Shown here piece by piece: positions 27,430 to 39,900 of a stretch of 64,000 bases of DNA. A program made the position numbers and the translations under genes. Each line of letters opens with the position of its first letter. Positions within the stretch are counted from its first letter, which is position 1. A model generated the notes under the pieces. It saw only the letters and a program-made list of their open reading frames with translations. It did not search any database and was not told where the DNA came from. Source of the DNA: Octopus sinensis (Eukaryota); the NCBI RefSeq assembly GCF_006345805.1, contig NC_043006.1, positions 98,146,001 through 98,210,000 on the forward strand. The letters are read 5' to 3'.

Positions 27430-29008
27430 ACAGAAACATCTAACGTTAACCTTGACCAGCAGAATGTCATAAAATAATTAAACCCAGCGGAGAGCTACAA
27501 GTACCTAGGGGTAATTGAAGGGGACGGAATAAGGCATTCAGTGATGAAGGAAAGGATCAGGTGAGAATGTTATCGCAGAGTAAGAGCAATACTCAAGACA
27601 GAGCTGAATGCGAGAAACAGGATCGAAGCGATCAATGCTTTAGCCATACCAGTCGTGACTTACAGTTTCAATATCGTTAACTGGTCAATTACTGAAATTT
27701 GTAATTTTCACAGACAAATACGAAAACTGTTGATAATCCGTAGAATGCACCACCCTAAGGCAGATATAGAACGACTTTATCTGCCAAGAAAAGAGGGAGG
27801 CCGTGGACTTTACAACTGGCAATAACAATGAATATTGCTACAATTGGCCTAGACACCTACCTGAAAAACACTGAGGACTGGATGTTAAAATTTGTCTCAA
27901 AACATGAAAACAAGAAAGCATCATACTCAGTAACAAAACAGGCAAAGGAATATCTAAGTGAATTCCGAATACAAAAATTTCGGAATTAGACATACAAGAA
28001 ACAAGCACAGAAGAAGCTACGCGCATGAAAACCCGTGCTAAAACTGCTGCCTTAGATATTCTGAATGATAAATGGCAAGAAAAACCTCTCTATGGCAAAT
28101 ACCCAAAGAGAGAGCGAATAATGCAGATGTTGACAAAGCCCTGACCCATCAATGGCTAATGGCCTCTGGCTTAAAATCTGAAACAGAAGGGTTTATCATA
28201 ACAGCTCAAGATCAATGTCTACCTACATGGAACTACCAGGCCAACATATTAAAGAACGGCAGTAGCCAACATGTCGTGTATGTCAACAACAAAATGAAAC
28301 CATTGATCATGTTGTCTCCAAGTGCAGTCTTCTAGCGCCTACAGAGTATCTCAACATGCATGATAGAGCTGCACAATATATCCACTGGGTAATCTGCAAA
28401 AACCTGGATTTGCCCCATGAAAAAACTGGTGGGAACACAAACCACCTCCAGTGCTTGAAAATGACACATCTCACTCCTCTGGAACTTCTCCATTCAAACT
28501 GACAGAAAGATAGATGCAAATAGGCCAGACATCATATTGAAAGACTTCAAACAAAGAACATGCCTCATCATTGATATGACTGTCCCAATCGATATAAACG
28601 TATCTGTCAAGACCTACCAAAAACTGAGCAAATATAAAGATCTTGAAATAGAAATCAGCAAAATGTAGAACTTATTGTCATAGGTGCCCTGGGAATGATA
28701 ACAAAAGGGGCTGATCGCTACCAAACTCAGATACCAGGAAACCCCAAATTAGCAGAAATTCAAAAGATAGTGCTCATGGGAACCGCTCATATCCTACGCA
28801 AAATACATTCTATGTAATCTCAAGTTTTAAAACAAACATAATTTTCGTTTTTTTTTTTTTGACATTCACTAGTACAACACTAAATACAAAACCAAATATA
28901 TGGCACACCAAGCATAGCAACATCACGAACTTCCAACCTGTTGTCTCTTGAGGTCTCTGGGTGAGACTTGGAACCAACTTGTACAAATATAAAGCAAATG
29001 TCAAACTT
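27430..29008 (+). mobile_element. 5'-truncated R4/Dong-type non-LTR retrotransposon (RT C-terminus, CCHC, restriction-like endonuclease), disabled
   Basis: ESYKYLGV; HHPKADIERLYLPRKEGGRG; CRVCQQQNETIDHVVSKC (CX2CX8HX4C); HDRAAQYIHW; NRPDIILKD..IIDMTVP...KLSKYKDL; GTAHILRK, stop 28815-17. Several stops and frameshifts; flanked by trinucleotide arrays including (AAT)n. Confidence 0.9.
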
Positions 29009-29050
29009 ATAATAATAATAATAATAATAATGATAATAATAATAATAATG

Positions 29051-29142
<92 letters not shown>

Positions 29143-29275
29143 CCACACATCCTACGCAGAACACTTTCCATACAATAACCATCAGAGCATCACAACAAAT
29201 CACAGCACATACCCAAGGCACACAGAGCTGCGCTCGGTAGTGAAGTGAAAGCACGCTATAAAAATAAAACTACTG
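29143..29275 (+). mobile_element. 133-bp 3' end of a second Dong-like family, copy 1
   Basis: CACACATCCTACGCAGAACACTTTCCATACAATAA encodes HILRRTLSIQ*, then a 3' UTR; embedded in (AAT)n. Confidence 0.8.
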
Positions 29276-29361
<86 letters not shown>

Positions 29362-29379
29362 TATAATAATAATAATAAT

Positions 29380-29512
29380 CCACACATCCTACGCAGAACA
29401 CTTTCCATACAATAACCATCAGAGCATCACAACAAATCACAGCACATACCCAAGGCACACAGAGCTGCGCTCGGTAGTGAAGTGAAAGCACGCTATAAAA
29501 ATAAAACTACTG
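29380..29512 (+). mobile_element. 133-bp 3' end of a second Dong-like family, copy 2
   Basis: Identical to 29143-29275 (offset 237 bp). Confidence 0.8.
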
Positions 29513-29525
29513 AATAATAATAATA

Positions 29526-29603
<78 letters not shown>

Positions 29604-29604
<1 letters not shown>

Positions 29605-29823
29605 TGATATTCCTTACTACTAAAGACAGAAGGCCTCAAGTTTTGAGGGAGGGGACTAATCAATCACAGCAACCCAGTGTTTCACTGGCACTTAAATTTA
29701 TCGACCCCAAAAGTATGAATGGCAAAGTCGAGCTCGATGGATTTTGAAGTCAGGACATAGCGAGAGGCGAAATACCACTAAGCATTTCGTCCAGCATGCT
29801 AAGGATTCTGCGAGTCCTCCACC
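29604..29823 (-). mobile_element. SINE family B, diverged
   Basis: TTTATCGACCCC...GGCAAAGTCGAGCTCG...AAGCATTTCGTCCAGCATGCTAAGGATTCTG colinear with the other B copies. Confidence 0.75.
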
Positions 29824-30431
29824 ATAATAAAAAAAATAGACTTTTTATAATGATGATGATGAGGAGGAGGGGGAGGATTTTATGATGACTATGTAGAGCA
29901 GTATCATTCAGTGCCATTCAACTTGAAATATTGCATGCTCCCTTACTGTATCTTAGCTCGTTCAAGTTCTGGAGGTCCAAGGCGGTTCATATGCTTTTGT
30001 AAGAAGTAAGATCAGCATTTGAGTGAAAGGAAAATGTCGATGTCTTGCAAGCCTTTCAAGGTACTTGGAAACCGACAGAAGTGAAGCCGGCAAGTGTGTG
30101 CATATATACCAGATGCATGAGTACGTGGATGTGGGCGTGTTATTGGTTGTATGAGTGAATGTGTATATATATATTTATGTGTGTGTTAGGACGTGCGAAT
30201 ACTTGTGCGTCAATGCCTGCTGCAGAGCCGATCGTGCGCGAACGTGTTATGGATGTATGTATGAGTGTGTGTGTGTTTGTTTTTCTTTGGTGGGGGTGCT
30301 GCAATCGCCTATATTTTTGATTCTGTTATCATTTTTAAATTGTTACTCTCGATAATATTAGAGTCAATGATATCTTTGCAAATTCCTTTTTCGATAATTA
30401 TTTGCTCCGAACTGATATATATATATATATA

Positions 30432-30813
30432 CTAACAGTATCGCCCGGCGTTGCTCGGGTTTGTAAGGGAAATAACTATAAAGCATTTTTAGAGAGTTAT
30501 AGCCAAAAAATAGCAAAAAAATGCATTAAAATGGAAAAATTGATGGTAAAGTTTTTTTAAATTGTTGACTCATCGTAGACATTTTTATAGAGTTACGTCC
30601 CTTATATAATAGCGAAAAATGCATTAAAATGGAAAAACTGATGGTAAATTATTTTTAAAATCGTAGACTCATCGTAGACGCGCGCTAATACCCAGAAGGG
30701 CTCGATATGAATCACGACTATAAGATACCCGGTTTTGGTTAAACTGCACCGCAAAATGTGGGAGTAGTTAGGAATCTAAATCGTAGGAGACAGACAGCAC
30801 ACAACCATACTTT

Positions 30814-30822
<9 letters not shown>
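30432..30822 (-). mobile_element. Non-autonomous Helitron-like element in (TA)n
   Basis: The minus strand begins ...TATATATAAAAG and ends in a hairpin CCCGAGCAACGCCGGG followed by TTAG|T; internal ~100-bp subrepeat (30518-30580 / 30616-30678). Confidence 0.65.
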
Positions 30823-30854
<32 letters not shown>

Positions 30855-31149
30855 TCTTTTGTTTGAGTATAAATGCATGACTGTTTGTGTGCTTGCTGTT
30901 TGGAAGAACATATATGGTTTTTGCGAGGATTGTGTGTAAGTATATATCCATGCTTTTGGTATTTATAAGTGCGAGTGCTGTAGATGTATAAAAGAGTAGT
31001 TCAGCAGTGCTGCCGTTAGGGTCAGGACATCAGAGACATCAGAGTGGGGTTTGGGAGAGGGGGAAAGCGAATATTGGAGAAATATATATATACATAGTTG
31101 TCTGTATGTAAGTGTGTTTTTGTGTATGTATTAGTGGACACATGCCACG

Positions 31150-32150
31150 TTTACAGAGGCGAATGTAGGGCGTTACCAAACATGCACAAGTTTGAAGAAA
31201 TTATATATACTTGCAACCCTTGGAGAAATACTTCTCAATCAATGACAGCAAACTCCTAGGTAAGCTGGGGAAACGTTCCGTTACATGGGTGGTTGCACTG
31301 TCATCTTTCTCTTTCTGGTCTTCTTCAGATGTAGAAATGAAGATTGGGCGTTCTCCATGTATGCTAACTTCCTGGTAAATCCATTCTTATTGAAAACCTC
31401 CCTATCGTCGAAAAGCTTAGATATTTATCTTCTAACGACTAAACTCGGTTTCTAATTACCGTGTGCGAGTGGAGTTATTTCTGAGGCTCCGCACAGGTTC
31501 CGTTTTGCGCTTTCTGTTCTAGGGTCACGTCTGGTAAGTCGACCTTCCTGAAGTTAATAATAACTATTTTGGAAAGGTCAAATCCTTTGAATATTCTTAT
31601 CAGGTATTTCCTAAAGTTGTACATGGCATAGCTTGAAATGTCCATGTCCTCGTCCTTTACAAGGACAATGGATATTTGGGTGCGTACGTTTGTTGATGGT
31701 ATCGAAGAGAAACGAGACCGGTGATCTCAGCTCCGTGGTATCTCACGATAGAAACGTCGAACAGTGGATCACCTTCTTAGTTTTGTGGATCACCTTACTT
31801 TTACTCATAAGAAATGGTTGTGAATCAGGATCGTCTTTCTGGTGTTCATGATAATTCTGACATCGAGATTGCTTATACTAGTGAATTATTTCAGGAGAAG
31901 AGTCTTCGATAGAGAAACTGTGGATCTGTTCTTAACACACCGTGTCTATAAGACTTTTCTTATATCTCGAGCAGGAATCACAAGACCATGTCTGTCAACA
32001 GTGTATATATTAAATATGATACACATATGACTGCTTAAATTTGATGCTTCTTCAATTGCGCACCCCAGATTTGTAAGAATCTATTTATGAATGCATGCAT
32101 GAGGGTATATATCTGTAGGGATGTTCTTCCTGAAAAGGTTCGTCTTCAAA
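31150..32150 (-). pseudogene. Penelope-like element RT relic (Naiad/Chlamys-like)
   Basis: Frameshifted minus translation: LDVRIIMNTRKTILIHN; DPLFDVSIVRYHGAEITGLV; RKYLIRIFKGFDL...VDLPDVTL; DREVFNKN; LPRSLLSLIEKYFSKG, matching the FDV.MGSYDGAE-type PLE RT. Confidence 0.7.
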
Positions 32151-32212
32151 TTTTACACCTAAATTAAGTCAGATAACACTTAGAATGCACGAAATGCATT
32201 TAAGACAAATAC

Positions 32213-32451
32213 CTATTTCTATTTCTTTATTACCCACAAGGGGCTAAACACAGAGGGGACAAACAAGGACGGACAAACGGATTAAGTCGATTATATCGAC
32301 CCCAGTGAGTAACTGGTACTTATTTAATCGACCCCGAAAGGATGAAAGGCAAAGTCGACCTCGGCGGAATTTGAACTCAGAACATAACGGCAGACGAAAT
32401 ACGGCTACGCATTTCGCCCGGCGTGCTAATGTTTCTGCCAGCTCGCCGCCT
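32213..32451 (-). mobile_element. SINE family B, full length
   Basis: Highly similar to 43021-43253; probable TSD GACAAATAC(32204-12)/GAGAAATAC(32452-60). Confidence 0.9.
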
Positions 32452-34750
32452 GAGAAATACCGGTTGTCATACACTTTTGATCGTTTGCTCACAACTTATG
32501 AAAAACAGAATTGACTACCAAATGAGATGCGTTTCAATGTTCCTAAAATTTTCGATATCAAAAACGCATAATAAATGTAATCGAATAAACAAAGAAGAAA
32601 GACAACGTTGTTCGAACGTCTTATTAGTCTTCATCGGAATTACAACACTTAGCCGTTGTTTATTGACTATGTATTAAATAGCTGAATGTACAGATTCGTT
32701 CGTAAAAATACGTTGAGCGTTGATATGAGATTGGTTAATAATTTCAGGCAAAGCTTGTTAAATATATCGGAGTTTTATCGTGATTTTTATGTCTTTTATA
32801 GCATCTAGATTCCAATTTCTAAACAGTATACATATGATTAAAATCTATATTTTTTTGTACTGTTTACCAATTCAATTATCTTATACTTAATTTTTGTCGA
32901 GGACAATCAAGGAAAGCATATCAATTTTAGAAAGAAATTTTGCGTTTCAATGTATTTCTTGCCACAATAAATATATATTTCGTTCTCATACAGGAAACGT
33001 ACACAATTTCTAAAAAAATACGCAAGTCAGGATGAAAATCACCATATCAACTATCATTCCAGCTACTGACGTATTTGCTCTTTATTTGCATCTAATTCTT
33101 TATTTTTCATTCCGCTTTGTTTCTACTGTATTCAATTCTCGTATATTCAAAGATTTCTAGTTCACACTCTTCCACCTCTGTGACAATTAAAATAGTAAAG
33201 AAATAAAACTCTATTTCTCCGTTTTGACAGCTTGTCTTATGGCTTATCTCATGAACATATCTTATTTCAGTTTGTTTTGTAATGTTTATTTTTTTAAATA
33301 AAATCAGAATATGTTGATGAGAAACAACACAGAAAATAACTAATTTCAAATAAATTCGAGAAAATAATTGGAGTTGTAATTTCAGATGTATTCGTGAAAA
33401 CAAACATACATTTGCATATAGTTTAATATCATATTTTCGTTGAATATTAAAAGCAGAGGTTAAGTTATTATTGCATTAATTCAAAGGCAGTTAATCTTTT
33501 CAACAGATACTTTTTTTAAAATTTGTAAATGACGTTGAATGAAATTATAGAAGTAAAATAATAACATTAATTCATATATTCATCCGGGTATCAATAGTTT
33601 TCTGAACCAGTTTTCGTTCTTTGTCGTTGTTTTTTTTACGAAACATTCTGTAGCAAAGAGTTTGTTTATAGAAATATAAATGGATTTATTTCAATCACTC
33701 CTCTAAACAGAAACACTGATTCTATATTTTAAAAAATATGAAACTCTTATCCTTTCATTATTTATCAATTGATGAATTTCATTGAAATAATTCGTAAATA
33801 TATTAATTGAGGCACCAGGTATGAAATAATGATTTCTATAGAAAATTCTAATAAGCAAATGAATGTGTATAGCATGAGGTTGATCACTATAATAAATTAT
33901 TATTCTTCATATGCAAATTATGCCCTACTAAGTTCCCACACATTTATGCTGCAAATACCTAGCTGAAATTAGATACAGATATCAAAAAGTTATCTGTACA
34001 AACTATGAACAGAGCAAAGCAGATATTTAACGAACTTACGAATTACTATTTGAAAACATGTTCTCATTAGTTTTTAATTAAGATCACTAATTGGTAATAT
34101 ATATACAGATATTACATGATCCGAATTCGTTGCGGTTAACATGTTCCAAGAGGTTGATAAATGTCTTTATTGCCAAATTTTAAAACAAATGAACTAATTC
34201 ATACAATTAAAATCAATTTTTATTTTAAGCATTCACCTTAAAGCATATTGAAAACAATTCATTTATGTATCTCAGAGTGAATCTAAAACGGTATTGTTCC
34301 ACTGGTTTAAGGCATAGTTGTTCATCATCAGGGCAGACATTCGAGGAGACACATGAGAAATATAATCTTCATATTTTATGTCCTTGGACATTGGACTTGA
34401 TATTTTTATGCGCGTCTCTTGCTTTTAAATTTTGACGTGTATAGTAAGATAGATTATTCACATGTTAAAAGCAGATCAGTCGTCCGTGTGGAGGCTAATT
34501 CATTGGCTGGACGAAGAATAATGTTTAATTATTCACGTGGACGTCGCGAGAAAACAAAATCTTAGAATACCATGTGATTTCTATAAAAAGCAGCATATAA
34601 TATGTAAGGACTCTAACTTAAATTCTTGGGGTTTCCGAATAGTGTGTTAGTTTTAAAAGTGCCCAGATAATATTAAACCGATAATCCATAGTTTCACATC
34701 CCTTTATTTTGATTACCTCGTTATATATGCCATGTATAACCTTTCATTAT

Positions 34751-35077
34751 GAAGGTGCGTGGCTTAGTGATTAAGGTACTCGGCTTACGATCGTAAGACT
34801 ATGATTATCAATTCCTGGAGACGTATTGTGTCCTTGAGCAAGACACTTTATTTCACTTTGCTCCAGGCAACTAAGCTGGCAAAAATGAGAAGTACCTGTG
34901 TTTCAAAGGGCCAGACTTGGTACACTCTGTGTCATGCTGAATCTTCGTGAGAAATATGTTAATGGCACACGTGCCAGTGGACCTGCTCAGCCACATGCTC
35001 GTTAATTTGGCAAGCAAGCCGTTCCGTTGACCGGATCAACTAGAACCCTCGTCGTTGTCAGCGACGCCGTGCCAGTT
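34751..35077 (+). mobile_element. tRNA-derived SINE with a different head but the family A 3' module
   Basis: Head GGTGCGTGGCTTAGTGATTAAGG...GTGTCCTTGAGCAAGACACTT; 3' part TTCAAAGGGCC...CCGTTGACCGGATCAACTAGAACCCTCGTCG matches 44170-44340. Confidence 0.75.
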
Positions 35078-36344
35078 TATAACCTATCATTTTAAAAAAA
35101 GCCAGTGTGTAATTTATGCAAATTATGATAGTATTTTCAGCAAGACATCCTAACACTTGGATGACACATCGTTGCGCATGTGCTGTTACATCATTTCAAA
35201 AGCCGAATAGCATTACTTAATACGTTTTTCAACATGTAAGTCTTATGGAAAGTATACTGAAATGTACCAAAATCTAACATGAATGCTATTTTTTCAAATA
35301 CTTGTGAACAAAGTGAATTCTGGTACGTATGTGAAAAAATACATTTTATATTGTCTTGCTACATCTGAAATTTAGTTATATGTTATTTCATTGTCACAAA
35401 AATTGCGTAGCAATTTTGAAAGAGCGATTTCTAACTAAATTACATGTTTACATTTGTAATAGAAACATTTTATTAATCAATAAATTCTATCTGATAATTT
35501 GCACATCAACTTACACATTCACATACACAGACAGAAAGATAGACAGGCACACACACACATTGTGTGATTGGATAGATCCATTTTCGTATAACGAAGTAAA
35601 ACACGTGAACATTATGTTTACATAATTGAATTTATTTGATATTTGATATTTCTATTCTGTCAGATTGTATACAACTAATTCTACGATACTGTGTTTCACC
35701 ATCACGGACAAACAAATAAACAATCTATTAAATTATTTATAAGCAGCATATTGAGGAAATGGTAAGTCTTTTCCTCTACCTGATTGCCCCCATTCTCCTT
35801 TATTCTCTTTATTTATCATCTTTATGTTATTTTAAAAAATGTATCAAAAGAACAATGCCCTTGTATGAAAATCATATATTCCTTGTGTTATAATTTGAAA
35901 TTCGGGAGGAATAAATAAAATGAATATAGTGTCATTTCGTACATTTTGTCGTATTGTATTTTTAAAAACCAACCACGATATAATTAGGTTTTACAGTAAG
36001 TAATCAAAGCTTCAAATAAACAAAATTAAGAAATATGAAACATTACAGCATCTCCTACCTCTATGTTTCATTGTTGCATTATAACTCTTACTGTATTGTA
36101 ATCTACTCCAAACACCAAATATTATTCAAAGGAGTTCACTGAGTCAAAAATCAACTATCTTCTATTTTAGAACAAGCGCACAATGAGATGTGTTTGAACA
36201 GCTAAAGAAACTTTCCGCTACGCTGCTGATATCGGTGAGTTTAGAAAAATGCGTTACATAATTTGATAGTTTATTTTGATAGATCGACGAATAGTTTAAT
36301 TTTATAGATCAATGAATATTGACGGCAATTTATTCGACACGTAA

Positions 36345-36541
36345 TCGTTACTCTTTTACTTGTTCCAGTCATTTGACTGCGGTCATGTTGGAGCACCGCC
36401 TTTAGTCGAGCAAATCGACACTAGGATTTATAAGCATAGTACTTATTCTGTCGGACTCTTTTACCGAACCGCTAAGTTACTGGGAAGTAAACACACCAGC
36501 ATCAGTTGTCAAGCGATGTTGGGGGACAAACACAGAAACAT

Positions 36542-36602
<61 letters not shown>

Positions 36603-36774
36603 CATAGATACGACGGGCTTCTTTCAGTTTCCATCCACCAAATCCACTCAGAAGATTTTGGTTGGCCCGAGGCTATAGTAGAAGACACTTGCCCAAGGTG
36701 GCACTCACTGGGACTGAACCCGGAACCAAGTGGTTGGTAAGCAAGCTACTTACCACACAGCCAGTCCTGCGCCT
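36345..36774 (-). mobile_element. SINE family C, full length with internal (CA)n(TA)n
   Basis: Minus head AGGCGCAGGACTGGCTGTGTGGTAAGTAGC...GGTTCCGGGTTCAGTCCC; tail GAGTAAAAGAG; homologous to 903, 14930 and 23895. Confidence 0.9.
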
Positions 36775-37384
36775 GGGTGCTACTAATACCTTTTATCACT
36801 TTCTCAATGACTTCGAAATATTAAGATCTTGTATGACTTAAGCTCTACTGAATGAAATCAGTCGGTGTGCCGGTTAAAATTTCTAATTTGTTTAAATTAA
36901 CTGCAACGACGCTATTCTTTTGATCTATGACTCTTTCAAGTTACGTTTTTAAATATTCAAATAAATTGCTACCAGAACCTAAGTTCCCTAATTAAGAATC
37001 ATCTAAAATTGGCTAAATGCTTAAATATCCATACAGACATTGTTGCATTCTCTGAGACCTCGTCTTGAAATCTGTCATTTACACTTTCCGTGCTGAATAC
37101 ATTTTATATTAACATATTTTCAAGTCACCTTTAGCGCTTTGTTTTCAGTATGTATCTTTGAAATACTTTTTCATGTTAATTTCGTCTCTTTTCATACGAT
37201 TTCTACAACACTGAAGCAATTGAAAATCCATTAAAACATTTAAACTACTTTTCTGTAACTATACTGACAAATTTGTTCAGCACTTTACTTCAGAAATTGT
37301 AGAAGTCAATGACTTTCTAATTTCTGAGTATTTCCTGTAAAATTTTGTGTCAACGAGGTTGCATTTTATTCATTTTTAAAATTC

Positions 37385-37608
37385 TTTATATTACTTACAT
37401 TTGAAGGATATTTGTCCTCAACTTACTTGTTGTTAACACAACGTTTTAATTGTTATACCCTCCAGCCTTCATCAGGTGTCTTGGGGAAATTTTGAACCTG
37501 GGTTCTCATTCCTAAGGTATTCTTTTTTGTGTGTGGATATTATTCCCTGGGATCGAATAAGAATCCGAGGGTTAGTAACCCGCGCTCTGATCCATTATGC
37601 GATATGCC
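37385..37608 (-). mobile_element. tRNA-headed element with a downstream degenerate hammerhead
   Basis: Minus strand GGCATATCGCATAATGGATCAGAGCGCGGGTTACTAACCCTCGG...TTCGATCCC (A/B-box-like), then CAC-CTGATGA-AGGCTGG...AAAA-CG-TT^GTG (37437-37478). Confidence 0.6.
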
Positions 37609-39714
37609 GTAGGTATTTATATAGTGAATTTTGGGGCTTATAAACTTAATATTTTACCTTGTCGTAATACCGGTTCTGATATTACATTAAAATATGCACT
37701 AGTTCTGCTTAGGTATTTATTGTGTCCTAGCATATGTGCTGCCTCTTTTAATTTTTGTATTTTCCATTGGTGTTCTCTGTCTATTATTTTACAAACAGTA
37801 TTTGGAAACAATTTAAAACTCTAATGTAACTAAGTTGTTTTTCAGTTCCGAAAGCTGTGGTAAAATGATCACACGCCAATTGAATATAGAGTTTCTGGAG
37901 CCTCAGATACCACCACTATTTAAAAATTAGATCCAGCCGATTCTCGTGAAATTAAAATTTAATATGCACAACACTATATATAGCCTATATTTTGAGTAAA
38001 TCTTTTAGTCGTTATTTGAAGACCAGAAATATATACCACCCTGTATAATGCCTATTGCAGCATGCGACCAAACGTAGCACATCGCTAGTAACAACTTTAA
38101 GATTTTGATCAAGAAAAGGAATATAATAGAAAATTAGTTTTAGCCTTTCTTGCAGGTCATTCATTGAAAGGAATAAATCTTTTCCCTTTTTGATATTTTC
38201 GTTTGCACATAAATTGACATGTATTACTGATGTAGATATTATGCACAAGTTCACTAATTACCATCTTAGAAATATGTGTACGATTTAAAAGGATACGGGC
38301 TGTTGCAGATTGGTTTTTTGCTTGAGTAGAACCACGTCAATTTCTGATCACTCGATAAGTCTCGTCCATTAATGTACCATCATCGGAAAATAGCCTCATA
38401 TTCGCAAATATCACGGAATAATCTTGCGAAGAGTGAACTGGCATTATAATATGAATTAGAATGACCCTATCTGTATCTTTCTGTTTCAGTTTTCTTTTTG
38501 AAATGTTGGTACTGACATTAATTTCATTCATTGAGCGAAGAATACGTCGGCAAATAAAATGACTTCCGTTATTCTTTTTGCGATACTGGTGTGTTTAATT
38601 TCAGTATGTTTGATTTATTTCACAACGTTTCAGTGATGGATTTCTTCTAAGTTTGTGAACGATAAGCAAAATGTAATGTGTTTATTATCGTTAAATAAAT
38701 CATTCAATGACATTTTAATTCCCAACCACATATAACACATTGTATGCACTGCTTTGCACAAAAATAATTTCTGGCTTCATGGAAAACTGCATTCACATTA
38801 AATCTGATTACGTACCCAATTCAATAATGTTTACGTGCAAGATCAGGTTTACACATTGTTCACACAATAAACCCCACATTTTCAATATTCTTTCCCTTTA
38901 ATCCACTTCGTAATTGTACTCCACGTATAAGGATTTATTGTGATAGTTTGCCTGTTGTGGAAACTGCATTAGCTAATGAGAACATCTTTCGGAATGAAGA
39001 TACTAAGGACCGAAATGCCGTTAGTGCCTTTGTTCGGATCTAATATCCGAACTGTTGTGCTTCGAAGAATAGCATGCAACTAGTAAGATGAATATAGTTA
39101 AATATAATAGCACTATGTTGAGCAAAACTCTGACACACTTCACTATGTAGCTACTGTAAAAGTTATTATAAATGGAGTGACAACTTCAAAAACAATTTGA
39201 GAACGTGTAGATTATGAGAAAGTGGAGATTTGTATTCTGAAGAGGAGGTTCAATCACAAAGTATTCGCTTACATAATTAAGGAAACGAATAGTTTGTGTT
39301 TGAACCATCTTTTCGGAATACACATCTCCACTTTCCTATACAAAACTTATGTGGTTTACGCTGATAATCCGTTATTATTTATGCTGTTCGAATCAGCATG
39401 AATGTCCACTCTAAGTCTTATATATCTCACCACCGACGTTACTGTATGCTTTTCGTGAACTTTTATCCGACTACATTGAAATATTATGAAGTTTTGCTCC
39501 CCGGATTTTCTCGGTTCCCAGATATATTTATATGTGTCTTTGATCTCACTTCTCTATGTTATAAAGGATTTGGTGTTTTGGAAACGCTCGTTAAAATTTT
39601 ATTATATTTGCATACACACGCACATACATACGCTCACATATGTATATTTTCCTTGGTGAAAATTTAACTCAATAGAACAAAATTTCAATATTCAATACAC
39701 ATAAGCCGGCGTGC

Positions 39715-39900
39715 AAGCTGAATCATTAACACGCCCGGAAAATGCCTAGTGGTATTTGGTCCATCTCTACCTTCTGAGTTCAAATTCCACTAAGGCTGAC
39801 TTAACATTTCAGAATCAGTAAATCAAGTACCAATTGAGTAATGGGGTCGATCGAATCGACTTCAAACCTCCACTAAAATTGGTGGCCTTGTGCGAATATT
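39715..39900 (+). mobile_element. SINE family B, diverged
   Basis: GAATCATTAACACGCCCGG...TTCTGAGTTCAAATTCC...AAGTACCA...GGGGTCGATCGAATCGACT. Confidence 0.7.

Noticed and set aside
29008-29605. CRISPR-like repeat/spacer pattern
   Set aside because: The repeats are LINE tails in an (AAT)n microsatellite in eukaryotic DNA; no unique spacers and no cas genes.
34280-34340. Minus CTGATGA near 34325
   Set aside because: No GAAA or stem II partner.
38929-39042. Short frame IYCDSLPVVETALANENIFRNEDTKDRNAVSAFVRI*
   Set aside because: Weak acceptor, and its phase is incompatible with the 38603 donor.
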